Notes: a model not told the origin generated them from the letters alone. Shown: positions 1-9,044, counted from the first letter of the stretch. The stretch: DNA of 20,310 bases from Chlamydiota bacterium (GCA_037133055.1 JBAXOY010000051.1:1-20310), one strand, 5' to 3'. Program-made: numbers and translations.

Positions 1-20
1 TACTGTGAGGAGATGGGGTT

Positions 21-1073
21 GTGAGTAAAGACGCCGGGAAAGTCATCCGTATCACCTGCACAGGCGCCGGGATGATGCCGCTCGACAAGATCGTCGCGCT
101 CCAGGGCGGGCTGAAAGAGCTTTCCGTCGAGAATTACGAGCGCCTGAAAAGCACGATCGTCAAGCGTGGGTTCTCCTTCCCTATCGGAATCGCGGTCATC
201 AAAGAGAAGCCCTGCGGCGTTATCGACGGTCATCAGCGGCACCGGGTCGTAAAGCAGATGGTCGAGAAGGAAGGCTACGCGCTCCCCTGTATGAAGCTCC
301 CCGTGTGCTGGATCGAGTGCAAGAACCGTGCGGAAGCGGGCAGGAAGATACTCGACGCCGTCTCACAGTTCGGGAAGGTGACAGACGAGGGGCTATATGA
401 GTTCGCAACTGATTTCAAGATCGACGCCGAGGAACTGAAGACGGACTTCGACCTGCCGGACTTTGATATGGGGGAGTACCTTGAGGGGTATGAGGAAGAG
501 CGGGCTGAAGCTAAAAAGCAGGCCGACCCAGAGGCGCAGAAGTACGCAGGGGGGCTGATATACCGGCCTACGGTGAACAAGAAGCGGACTTGCGCCTTTC
601 TCTCGATGCGGAAATGGCGGACTGCCACGAAAGAAGCCGACCTCGAACGCATCAAGGCGGCAAAGGCTGCCGGCGATGAGGATTTTGCGGACTTCGTTGC
701 CGGCGAGATGGCGGAGCTGATCAGTCTCCTCCTACGCCGTCCCGAAGATTGGACCGTGACCAGCCCTCCTCCTGGACATTCCCGCGGGAAAGGGAAGCAT
801 TTCGCCGCCCTGATCGCCCAGAAGGTCGCATCGAGGCTTGGATCTGAGTATGTCTTGGCATTCGAGCCGGGGACCCCCAAGAAGGGCAGAGAGCAGGAGC
901 ACTGGAAGGACAAGGAGGGGGTGCCGACCCTCAAGGATACCGGAGCGAGGAGATGGCTTCTGGTCGATGACGTCGCGACAACGGGCCTGACGATAGAGAA
1001 GTGCTGTGAATTACTAAGCACCCATGGGGCGGTTCTTTCGGTCGCCTGGGTATACGAAGAGACGGAACTATGA
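21..1073 (+). CDS. ParB/Srx-like N-terminal domain fused to a C-terminal type I phosphoribosyltransferase (ComF-like) domain
   Basis: GTG start with SD GAGGAG (7-12). ParB-like motifs GFSFPI and VIDGHQRHR. C-terminal PRPP-binding loop WLLVDDVATTGLT, preceded by a ComF-like TSPPPGHSR segment. Confidence 0.8.
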   Translation: MSKDAGKVIRITCTGAGMMPLDKIVALQGGLKELSVENYERLKSTIVKRGFSFPIGIAVIKEKPCGVIDGHQRHRVVKQMVEKEGYALPCMKLPVCWIECKNRAEAGRKILDAVSQFGKVTDEGLYEFATDFKIDAEELKTDFDLPDFDMGEYLEGYEEERAEAKKQADPEAQKYAGGLIYRPTVNKKRTCAFLSMRKWRTATKEADLERIKAAKAAGDEDFADFVAGEMAELISLLLRRPEDWTVTSPPPGHSRGKGKHFAALIAQKVASRLGSEYVLAFEPGTPKKGREQEHWKDKEGVPTLKDTGARRWLLVDDVATTGLTIEKCCELLSTHGAVLSVAWVYEETEL

Positions 1074-1636
1074 GCAGGGACATCGGGAGAGTCATCAGTA
1101 TCACCTGTGAGGGCAAGTCTCTTATGTCGCTCTCTGAGATCAAGGAGCTCCAGGGGCAGCTCAAAGAGCTGTCAGTCAGGGGATACGAGAAACTCAAGAG
1201 AACCATCGCCAAGGAGGGCTTTGCGTTCCCGATCGGAGTGGCAGTGATAGACGGGAAGCCATACGGGATACTTGATGGTCACCAGAGGTTACGGACCGTC
1301 CGGCAGATGACACAGAAGGAGGGATACAGCCTGCCCGGGGGAAAGCTTCCGGTGTCATTCACGCAGTGCAAAGATAAGGCACAAGCCGGGCGGCTTATTC
1401 TCAGTGCGATCTCGCAATATGCAAAGACAAAGGATGAGGGTCTGTACGAGTTCGCGAACGAGTTCAAGATAGACCCAAAGAGCCTTACGGATGACTTTGA
1501 TATCCCCGACTATGACACCGAGAAGTTCGTCGAGGGGTATTACGGCGATGTTTTGGCCGGCACCGATAAGGCAGGAGCAGGAGATGATGATCCAGAGACT
1601 AATAACGAATGCCCGAAATGCGGGTTCAGGTGGTAG
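1070..1636 (+). CDS. ParB-like domain protein with C-terminal CPKCG zinc knuckle; paralog of 21..1073
   Basis: ILDGHQRLR motif; gap-free alignment to the first ~157 aa of the upstream ORF; ends NECPKCGFRW; ATGA overlap with the upstream stop. Confidence 0.8.
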   Translation: MSRDIGRVISITCEGKSLMSLSEIKELQGQLKELSVRGYEKLKRTIAKEGFAFPIGVAVIDGKPYGILDGHQRLRTVRQMTQKEGYSLPGGKLPVSFTQCKDKAQAGRLILSAISQYAKTKDEGLYEFANEFKIDPKSLTDDFDIPDYDTEKFVEGYYGDVLAGTDKAGAGDDDPETNNECPKCGFRW

Positions 1637-1639
1637 GCC

Positions 1640-2992
1640 ATGGCTGAAGTAGCTTTTCTCGTGTACGGCGGTCCGGATAAGCAGGGGTTCCGGAAAAGCG
1701 CCAGCTTCGACTGGCTGGGCAATATCGGAGCCTACATGGTGATTGACTGTCTGCGTAGGGCGGGGATTGAGGTCGGTTTCTGTTCTCCCGCGACAGCACA
1801 TGAGCACAAGGTCATCCTCGCCTCATTTACCAGTTCCTTTGATACCTACAACTTCCTTCGGGCAGTGGCGAAGGTCCCCTCATGGCGTTCGAGGAAATTC
1901 AGGGTTATTGCCGGCGGATTCGGGCTCCAGAACGTATATCCGCTCCGGGAGCTCATAGATTATGCGGTATTCGGGAGATGCGAGTCTTTCATCGCAGGCA
2001 TGGTCAAGGCTGTTCTCGAGGGAAAGGATTATACCCATGAGAGTTTGATGGCCCTCGAGGATGGTGTGAAGAAGGTGGTGCTAGGGCAGGCCGGAGGCCT
2101 GTATCCCCATGAACTCGATACCCAGCCGATCAAATACCAGGAGATGGAAATCGGCTGTCCGCGCAGGTGTCTTTTTTGCCATTACTCATTCGCTCGGAAG
2201 AGGCTCACCAGCAACAAGGAGATGTTCCGGGGAGCGCTCGGGTGGACGGCGAAAGAGGTGCTGTTCGACAGGTTGCTCCAGGACAGCAACCTGAAGGGTA
2301 TGACGAGAACAGCTATCGACGGATTCAGCGAGCGGTTGAGACTTGCGTTCCACAAGCCTATCACTGACAAGATGATAAAGGAGACGATCGAGAAGCTGTC
2401 GATTATGTGGAATGGGAGTTCGGTCTGGCTCAAGTTGTATCAGATTGGATCGTTCCCAACCGAAACGGAAGATGACCGGCGACAGTTCACCAAATTGATC
2501 AACTCATGCGAGTGCAAAGGGAAACGGGTCCGGATCGACATCCATGTGACACCCTTCAGGCCATCCGCTCTCACGCCCGCAGCTTACCTTCCAGTGGATA
2601 TCGGCTTTAGCTGGAGGAGGATAGCCTCAACCAACATAGCCCATAAGCCCACGCTGGAAGTCTTCTATACGCCGACGATCGAGACCAGTTTCTCTCACTT
2701 AAAAGAGCTGATCGTAATCAGGGCCACCGAGGAGAGCGACGAGATCCTCGATGCGATCTGCTTTAATCGTGCCCTGGAGAAGATATCGGCGGAGGCACGC
2801 CCAAGGGTGATTTCAAAGCATTTCGACCTATCACCCTACCTTCGGGAATACCACACCGAGGAGCAGCTTCCGACCTGGTACCTGACCGGGCATGTGCCGG
2901 ATGAACAGGTGCGGGCTATGGCGCGAAAGCTAAAAGCCGATCTCGGGATGCCAGAGAAGAGAGTCAATGAGAAACAAAAGCACCAGGAATAA
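1640..2992 (+). CDS. Radical SAM protein with a probable B12-binding-like N-terminal domain
   Basis: CxxxCxxC motif GCPRRCLFCHY. N-terminal VIAGGFGLQN...IDYAVFGRCE resembles B12-binding radical SAM enzymes; also DGFSERLR, IGSFPTETEDD and TPFRPSALTP segments. Confidence 0.8.
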   Translation: MAEVAFLVYGGPDKQGFRKSASFDWLGNIGAYMVIDCLRRAGIEVGFCSPATAHEHKVILASFTSSFDTYNFLRAVAKVPSWRSRKFRVIAGGFGLQNVYPLRELIDYAVFGRCESFIAGMVKAVLEGKDYTHESLMALEDGVKKVVLGQAGGLYPHELDTQPIKYQEMEIGCPRRCLFCHYSFARKRLTSNKEMFRGALGWTAKEVLFDRLLQDSNLKGMTRTAIDGFSERLRLAFHKPITDKMIKETIEKLSIMWNGSSVWLKLYQIGSFPTETEDDRRQFTKLINSCECKGKRVRIDIHVTPFRPSALTPAAYLPVDIGFSWRRIASTNIAHKPTLEVFYTPTIETSFSHLKELIVIRATEESDEILDAICFNRALEKISAEARPRVISKHFDLSPYLREYHTEEQLPTWYLTGHVPDEQVRAMARKLKADLGMPEKRVNEKQKHQE

Positions 2993-3458
2993 TAAAAGGT
3001 CAAAGTACGACTGGCAGGCTATACGGCACGAGTATGTCACAAGCCCTGCAGGGGAAGAAGGGTTGACGTTAGATGTGTTGTCGAAAAAATACCGTTGCCC
3101 ATTCACCTATATCCAGCAAAAGGCGGCTAAGGAAAGTTGGACAAAGCTCCGCGAGGGTCATAGAAGAAAAATAGCAGAAAATGCGCAGAAAAAAGCCGAG
3201 GAAACTGCCGCCCAACGCCTACATCGCCATGCGCAGTACCTGAGGCTCGTACAGGCGAAGGCCGGGAAGGCGATGCTTACCGGAGAAACGGTCCCGACGC
3301 CGAGAGACGGAACCGAGGCAATTAAGGCCGAGCGCGTACTGTACGGCGAGGCCAGTGAGCATATACAGATTGAAGCAAGTAAACTCGACAGAATGATAGC
3401 CGCCGCGTACTGGAAGGCGCGCCGGGAACAGATGGAGTATGAGAGCGATGGAGATTGA
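2967..3458 (+). CDS. Terminase small subunit (putative)
   Basis: N-terminal YDWQAIRHEYVT / LSKKY / KESW HTH-like pattern followed by helical segments; overlaps the large terminase start. Confidence 0.7.
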   Translation: MRNKSTRNNKRSKYDWQAIRHEYVTSPAGEEGLTLDVLSKKYRCPFTYIQQKAAKESWTKLREGHRRKIAENAQKKAEETAAQRLHRHAQYLRLVQAKAGKAMLTGETVPTPRDGTEAIKAERVLYGEASEHIQIEASKLDRMIAAAYWKARREQMEYESDGD

Positions 3459-5091
3459 GGAGCTTCGCAAGAAGGACCGCTATTTCAGAGGGATCACTCC
3501 GGGCAGTCCCGTTGAGCTCCTCGACTACGTCGCGACATACTGCGGCGCGATCATCCCGCATTATCCGAAGGGAAAGGCACCCTGTGTCGGACATGATTCT
3601 CCGTCTTCGTACCTTGTCGGCAGCTTCTTCGACAATACGGACGGCTGGAGCAAATCGGAAAAAGCCCAGTACGAGCCGCACAAGGATTGTGTCGTGTGGG
3701 CCTGCCGGAGCGGCGGGAAGACGATGCTGGGCGCGATCTCGGCAAGGCTCAAGGCTCATTTTATGTCACCGTGCGAGATACGTGTACTCGGGGGGTCCAG
3801 CGATCAGGCCAAGAAAATGTACGACAACGTGAGCAGATTCGACCTCACGGCCTTCGCGGACATGGTAGTCGGCGAGGCGACGCAGGAGAAGACGAGATAC
3901 CGGGGTATGAGCAATATCGAGATTCTCATGGCGTCGATGAAGAGCGTTCGCGGGCCGCATGTGCCGGTCCTTATGCTCGACGAGGTGGACGAGTTCACGA
4001 AGCGCATCTATATCGCTGCCGTCGCCATCGCCCAGTCCTCGAAAAAGGTGACGGCGACAATCGAACAGTTCTCAACGGCGCACAATCCGAACGGAATCAT
4101 GCAACAGCTCATTACGGATGCGGCGACGAGCGGCATGAGGCTCTATAAGTGGTGCATATTCGAGTGCCTCATTAAATGCCCCTACCCATGCACGCCGGGC
4201 AATCCCCACAAGAAGTGTGCCGAGATGGTGAAGTACGACCAGATGAATCAGCCGCACCGGTTCTCGGATGTCTGCGGATGCAAAGCGAAGAAGGGCCGCG
4301 GGTACTACCGGATCGAGGACCTGTGGCAGAAGTTTGAGCACCCGATGATGAGCTGGGAGAGTTTCGCGTCGGAATACCTCTGTGACCTCCCGAAGCTGGA
4401 GGATGCCGCCTTCCCGATGCTGGCCAAGTTGCACCTTGTCCCCGACTGGCCTTGTGTTCCAGCCCCCGCAGGTTGGCTTAGGTCGCAATTTCGGCTGGTA
4501 CTAGGGGCTGATGCCGGGCCGGTCAACACATGGGTCGTGTGGGCGCTCGTGGGGCGGCTGGACCCGAAGCATGACGATTTCGACACGTTCCAGGTGATCC
4601 ACCAGCTTGTAACTGACAGGGCGACAGCCTCATCCGACCGGGCCGACATGATAGTCGCCGAGAATGAGCGGATGGGGTTCCCGAAGGCGACAGGGCTATT
4701 CACGGGACCATCGAGCGTGCCGCAGGACTCTGAGCTCGCAATGGAGCTCGACAAGGAACACAGGCGGTCTCGGCTGTTCCTGCCGTCGCCTCAGTCGCCT
4801 GCAGGCCGACGCTGTATGAGATGTGACAAGGAAGGGATGCAGTACGGCTGGGAGTCGATGGGCGGGCTTCTCGTGCTGCGGACGGTCATCGACGAACAGC
4901 CGCGCCCGGCGCTCGTGTTCGGAGCGGCCGCCCGTCCGACTTATGACGTGCTCGCAACGCAGCAGAAGGGGGAAGACGAAGCCCACGGAGTCGCAGCTAC
5001 GCGATACCTGATACGCGGATGGGAGACGTACAAGAACAGACTCACCGCAGCCTATGACGGGGGCGGTGGGATGGTGATTGCGACATCGTAA
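3439..5091 (+). CDS. terL: Terminase large subunit
   Basis: Walker A ACRSGGKT, SVRG, Walker B LMLDEVDE, coupling motif FSTA, RNase H-like start VLGADAG; lies between the TerS candidate and the portal. Alternative start ATG at 3448. Confidence 0.88.
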   Translation: MRAMEIEELRKKDRYFRGITPGSPVELLDYVATYCGAIIPHYPKGKAPCVGHDSPSSYLVGSFFDNTDGWSKSEKAQYEPHKDCVVWACRSGGKTMLGAISARLKAHFMSPCEIRVLGGSSDQAKKMYDNVSRFDLTAFADMVVGEATQEKTRYRGMSNIEILMASMKSVRGPHVPVLMLDEVDEFTKRIYIAAVAIAQSSKKVTATIEQFSTAHNPNGIMQQLITDAATSGMRLYKWCIFECLIKCPYPCTPGNPHKKCAEMVKYDQMNQPHRFSDVCGCKAKKGRGYYRIEDLWQKFEHPMMSWESFASEYLCDLPKLEDAAFPMLAKLHLVPDWPCVPAPAGWLRSQFRLVLGADAGPVNTWVVWALVGRLDPKHDDFDTFQVIHQLVTDRATASSDRADMIVAENERMGFPKATGLFTGPSSVPQDSELAMELDKEHRRSRLFLPSPQSPAGRRCMRCDKEGMQYGWESMGGLLVLRTVIDEQPRPALVFGAAARPTYDVLATQQKGEDEAHGVAATRYLIRGWETYKNRLTAAYDGGGGMVIATS

Positions 5092-5117
5092 GGCCATAAA
5101 AAGATAGGCAACAATAA

Positions 5118-6812
5118 ATGTCAAAAATTAAAAATACGTCACAACCGGTGCATACCGGGACAGTCATGAAAGCTGCTTCGCAGATGGTCGCGCTCGCGTC
5201 AGGCGGTCCGGTAATGGAGCAGGCTATTCCGAGTCGGTCAGCGTTCAAGGATCCGTTCGCGAAGAAGTCGATCGACGGGTTGCTGGTACATCCGGTCCCC
5301 CCGGTGGAGCTCTGCTTCTGGAAACAGCGGTCGAGTATCCTTCCGCAGATCATCCGCGCCCTCGAGGTGGGGATCGAGAGCTACGGGTACGACTTCATCA
5401 TCGCCGAGGAGATGAACGACGAGAAGGAGAAGGCCGCTATATGGGCGGCGATCAAAGGGGAGATCAACCCCCTGACCGGCCTCGCCTACGCCAAGACCAT
5501 CGAGGAGCTTCTCAACAGGGAGATCGAGCTCTGCGAACGGTTCTATGACTACTTCTCTCCGTTTGAGTCCTTCATCGACATCCGCCGGAAGTTCAGGAAC
5601 GATCGGGAGACCGTCGGCGCATGGGCGATGGAGGTCCTACGCGACGGGTTCGGCATCCCCTGCGGCGGCGAGCATGTCCCTGCGCATGAGGTCGGGCTCC
5701 TCGAGAAGGACGATACCGCTACGGAGATTGAGTTCGCGCGTATCGGTCGTGACTGGAAATGGGTGACGGATACGCGGCCGGTCTTTTTCCGCCGGTATGT
5801 CCAGATCAAGGGTGGATCAAAACGATATTACCGGCAGTTCGGGGATCCCCGCCCCCTGAGTTACATCAACGGGAAGACCCTCCTGAGTGCCGATGCGAAG
5901 AGTGCCGCCACGGAGATCATCTATGCCCCCGTGTATGTTCCCGGCACGGACTACGGCCTCCCGGACTGGTCCTCGCAGATCTACAACATCGGCGGCAGTC
6001 ACCTCATGGAGAAGGGGAACATGAGCTACTTCGCCAACTCCATGATCCCCGCGATCTTCATGGCGATCCTCGGCGGAGGAAAGGTCACGCAGGAGGAGCT
6101 CAAGAAGCTCGCGGGAGAGTTCGAGAAGGTGAAGGGCGACCCGAGCCAGACGAAACTCCTCGCGGTGCAGTTGCCGGCTGGCATGGCGGAGAACGATCCG
6201 ACGGGCAAGGCGAACAAACCTGACCTCGTGCTCAAGTTCCTGAAGGACCAGCAGCGGAATGACGCGACGCACACGGTCTACGGGAAGATCAATGACGAGA
6301 AGCTTCTGAGCTCGAGGGCTGTCCCGCCCATAGCCATAGGACGCAGTGGCGACTATACCCGCGCCACAGTATTCGGAGCCCTCAGCATGTTCGAGGACCG
6401 GACGTGCCGACCGGAGCGGAATCAATTCGACTGGACCATGAATCGAATCATCGTCGAGATGCGCGTGCGGTTCCATGAGTTCCAGTCAAGGGGACCGGAC
6501 CTGAGCGATCCTGACAGCATCGCCAGGCTGGTCGATGCCTGCTCGCGCGCCGGCGGGCTCTCGATCAACGGTTGCATCCAGATCGCCAACAAGGCCCTCG
6601 GGACAAAGGTGCCGCCGTATCCCGGGCCTGACGGTGACCTGCCGATCGCCGTGGTACTCGAGAAGATCAGGGCGCAGGCGGCGCTACAGGGGCCACGCGT
6701 GGCGCTCACGGCGGAGGATTCCGAGAAGCACATGAAGCAGTTCACGCAGATGTTCGGCAACTGGCTCATGCACTGCCGGGATCACGCGAGGAGGCTGAGC
6801 GATGCGGCGTAA
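5118..6812 (+). CDS. Portal protein (PBSX XkdE-like)
   Basis: 564 aa following TerL; motifs DRETVGAWAMEVLRD, YGLPDW, NMSYFANSMIP and VPPIAIG typical of phage portals. Confidence 0.85.
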   Translation: MSKIKNTSQPVHTGTVMKAASQMVALASGGPVMEQAIPSRSAFKDPFAKKSIDGLLVHPVPPVELCFWKQRSSILPQIIRALEVGIESYGYDFIIAEEMNDEKEKAAIWAAIKGEINPLTGLAYAKTIEELLNREIELCERFYDYFSPFESFIDIRRKFRNDRETVGAWAMEVLRDGFGIPCGGEHVPAHEVGLLEKDDTATEIEFARIGRDWKWVTDTRPVFFRRYVQIKGGSKRYYRQFGDPRPLSYINGKTLLSADAKSAATEIIYAPVYVPGTDYGLPDWSSQIYNIGGSHLMEKGNMSYFANSMIPAIFMAILGGGKVTQEELKKLAGEFEKVKGDPSQTKLLAVQLPAGMAENDPTGKANKPDLVLKFLKDQQRNDATHTVYGKINDEKLLSSRAVPPIAIGRSGDYTRATVFGALSMFEDRTCRPERNQFDWTMNRIIVEMRVRFHEFQSRGPDLSDPDSIARLVDACSRAGGLSINGCIQIANKALGTKVPPYPGPDGDLPIAVVLEKIRAQAALQGPRVALTAEDSEKHMKQFTQMFGNWLMHCRDHARRLSDAA

Positions 6813-6867
6813 GAAACACATCATCGCTTCCGTCTATGGCTTCGACATCATAGGGTATCCGATATGA
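6802..6867 (+). CDS. Putative 21-aa mini-ORF MRRKKHIIASVYGFDIIGYPI (not in the ORF track)
   Basis: SD GAGGAGG at 6788-6794 with ATG at 6802; overlaps the portal stop, and its TGA overlaps the next ATG (ATGA 6864-6867). Confidence 0.45.
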   Translation: MRRKKHIIASVYGFDIIGYPI

Positions 6868-7139
6868 CTAAACGTGAGCAGTTGCAGAAGTACATCATGG
6901 GGGAAGCAGCTACCGTCGCCGACAGGATTATCGAGCGGTCATCCGGAAAGTACGCGCTTCCGCCTGGGTGGAAGTATGGGCGCATCGGGAAGAAGGTCGT
7001 CATCAAGTGCGGGCCCGGGAACAATGCCGCAGACGAGCCGTTCGCGGTCCCCGTGGATCTCTTTATTGAGATGGATCTCGATGCCATAGAGCGATGGATC
7101 GAGGATTGCCGGAAGGCGCTCAAATCGGAGAATGAGTAA
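6864..7139 (+). CDS. Hypothetical protein (91 aa)
   Basis: Fills the gap between portal and gpF-like gene; TAATG overlap with the next gene. Confidence 0.6.
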   Translation: MTKREQLQKYIMGEAATVADRIIERSSGKYALPPGWKYGRIGKKVVIKCGPGNNAADEPFAVPVDLFIEMDLDAIERWIEDCRKALKSENE

Positions 7140-8170
7140 TGTGCCATCTCTGCGAGCAGATAGACCGGATGGACGCCGCTGACAGGTTGAGGATCGAGCA
7201 GTCTATCGACTGGCTCTTCGGCGACGATGGCATTGTCGAGCGCGCGAAGAAGAAGGAGAAGAACCCGCTTATCAATCGTGACCTTGTGGCATTTGAAGTC
7301 ACTCTCTCCGACAGCCTGCGGAAGATCGCCGATGCCGAGGGGGACGCCGCGAAGACGTGGCTCATGAAGTTCCTCGACGAGTCCTTCACGGTCACAGACG
7401 CATCCGCAAAGGAACTCGTAGAGATGGTCAGTACCTTCTACCCGCATATCGGCTCCGCAATCGCCGAGTCTGCCGTCCCCGTGACGGAGGAGACCGCGCA
7501 GGAGATCATCAGGCTCGCGCGGAAGCATATCGCCGTGAAACCCGCCTTCTCGAAACTCCCCGAGGACTGGGCAATGACGTGGAATCTCCGGGATGATCGT
7601 GCACTCGAGGCGCTTGCCCGGAAGCCTGCCATGTGGATCGGCGACTACTACTCCGGCCCGAAGATCGACCAGGTGCGAGCGATCGTCGATTCGGCAATGG
7701 CGAAAGGGCTCGGTCGGGATCAGACGGCGGCGCTTCTGAAAGAGGCCCTCGGGGTGACATTCGATGATTACCGGTATTGGGATGTGCTTTCGTCATCAGT
7801 GACAACGAAGGCTCGGAGCTGGAGCATCCTCACGGGGATGCAGGATGCCGGGTATGAGGTTTACATCTGGCACGCCGCTGGGGATGAGCGCAGCTGCGAG
7901 AGTTGCCTAGCTATGGACGGTCGTGAGTTCTCGGTCGCGAAGGCAATCAGGAACATTGAGGCTACCTTTGATCTTGAGGACAAGGACCAGGCGAAGGACA
8001 AACTCCCGTGGCTCTCGTGGGATCCCGAGCGGAAGGACATGTACTACAAGAAGGGCGACCGTTCAGTATACGTTGGCAACAGGGGGAGCGAGAGCCTTCA
8101 GAACAGCGGGATCGGAACGCCCCCTCTCCACGGACGCTGCAGGTGCACCCTCGTTCTCGCGGAGCAATAG
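7139..8170 (+). CDS. Head morphogenesis / minor head protein (SPP1 gp7, Mu gpF family)
   Basis: WHAAGDERSCESCLAMDG and the C-terminal PPLHGRCRCTLV signature; located after the portal. Confidence 0.88.
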   Translation: MCHLCEQIDRMDAADRLRIEQSIDWLFGDDGIVERAKKKEKNPLINRDLVAFEVTLSDSLRKIADAEGDAAKTWLMKFLDESFTVTDASAKELVEMVSTFYPHIGSAIAESAVPVTEETAQEIIRLARKHIAVKPAFSKLPEDWAMTWNLRDDRALEALARKPAMWIGDYYSGPKIDQVRAIVDSAMAKGLGRDQTAALLKEALGVTFDDYRYWDVLSSSVTTKARSWSILTGMQDAGYEVYIWHAAGDERSCESCLAMDGREFSVAKAIRNIEATFDLEDKDQAKDKLPWLSWDPERKDMYYKKGDRSVYVGNRGSESLQNSGIGTPPLHGRCRCTLVLAEQ

Positions 8171-8175
8171 GAAAC

Positions 8176-8364
8176 ATGGAAAGGCATGAACTGAAGAAGG
8201 TCACGCGTTTCGAGGGGCCGAACGGCGAGGAGACAAGCGCCGAGAGGGCTACGATGGTAATCACGCGGACCTATAGCCCCGACGGGCTCGAAATCTCTTG
8301 CTTCATGCAGACCGCGGAAAGCTGGCGGGAAGAAAAAGAGGCTGAGCGCAACGGGCACTGGTGA
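8176..8364 (+). CDS. Hypothetical protein (62 aa, MERHELKKV...)
   Basis: ATG at 8176, 5 nt after the gpF stop, in frame with track ORF 8008..8364; upstream GGAG/AGGA. Confidence 0.5.
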   Translation: MERHELKKVTRFEGPNGEETSAERATMVITRTYSPDGLEISCFMQTAESWREEKEAERNGHW

Positions 8365-8395
8365 AGACAGCAAACCTGGCGAGAAAGGGAAGGGG

Positions 8396-8788
8396 ATGAC
8401 GGACGCGAAGGTGATCGACTTCGACGATGTGCTCCAGAAGCTTGGGCCCGAGCAGAAGGCGCGGCATGAACAGGCCAAGCGCCGCGAGATCGAGAAGAAG
8501 ATGCGGCAGCCGGCGACGATCGGGCATATCGTGAACATCGGCCGCAGGCTCGACCAGGAAAGGGGCTACGTCGACGCCCTGCTCGTGCAGGTGGCGCTAC
8601 TGCGGATAAGAGACCGGCGCGGCTGGTTCAAGAACATTGTCATGAAGCCGCCTGACCTCGCGGCGCTGCGGAAGGAGATCGACGTCGTGCTCGCTGAGAG
8701 GGATATGCTCGTGAAGAATAATGAGGGCAGTGCGCCGCAGAAGAAACCGATGCCGCGGGCGATGAACACGTTGAATGGGACAACGTAG
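8396..8788 (+). CDS. Hypothetical protein (130 aa, helical/basic)
   Basis: Purine-rich SD GGGAAGGGG before the ATG; codon style similar to neighbouring genes. Confidence 0.65.
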   Translation: MTDAKVIDFDDVLQKLGPEQKARHEQAKRREIEKKMRQPATIGHIVNIGRRLDQERGYVDALLVQVALLRIRDRRGWFKNIVMKPPDLAALRKEIDVVLAERDMLVKNNEGSAPQKKPMPRAMNTLNGTT

Positions 8789-8829
8789 CCTAATCCAACT
8801 GACATCGTTTGAGCTTGGCCTGGACTGAA

Positions 8830-9003
8830 ATGACTGAAATGACGATAGGCGACGTGCGGTGCTGGCATTGCCACAAGATTCTGATATTTGATGCGGCCAT
8901 GGTTCGCGGGAGAATCAAATGTCCAAGATGCGGTAAGCCAACGAAGATCCCGAAACCGACGAGTGAAAACAAGATAAGTGAGAAGGTGAACGCCTCGGCG
9001 TAA
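8830..9003 (+). CDS. Com-family (Mu Com-like) zinc-finger protein
   Basis: DVRCWHCHKILIF...RIKCPRCGK matches the Com pattern IRCxxCxKLL...IxCPRCK. Start uncertain (TTG 8809, ATG 8830 or ATG 8839). Confidence 0.75.
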   Translation: MTEMTIGDVRCWHCHKILIFDAAMVRGRIKCPRCGKPTKIPKPTSENKISEKVNASA

Positions 9004-9015
9004 GAAGTATTATTC

Positions 9016-9044
9016 TTGACAGCATTATGTTGTTATGCTATAAT
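9016..9044 (+). promoter_or_regulatory. Perfect-consensus sigma70/sigmaA promoter with extended -10
   Basis: TTGACA 9016-9021, 17-nt spacer, TG at 9036-9037, TATAAT 9039-9044, in an AT-rich patch of a GC-rich sequence. Confidence 0.92.

Noticed and set aside
21..1636. Plasmid-prophage ParABS partition system
   Set aside because: No ParA or parS array visible, and the proteins lack an evident HTH/dimerisation region of partitioning ParB.
8823..8843. Short tandem repeat GACTGAAAT x2 at the com-like gene start
   Set aside because: Only 9 nt twice; it creates alternative ATGs but nothing supports a function.
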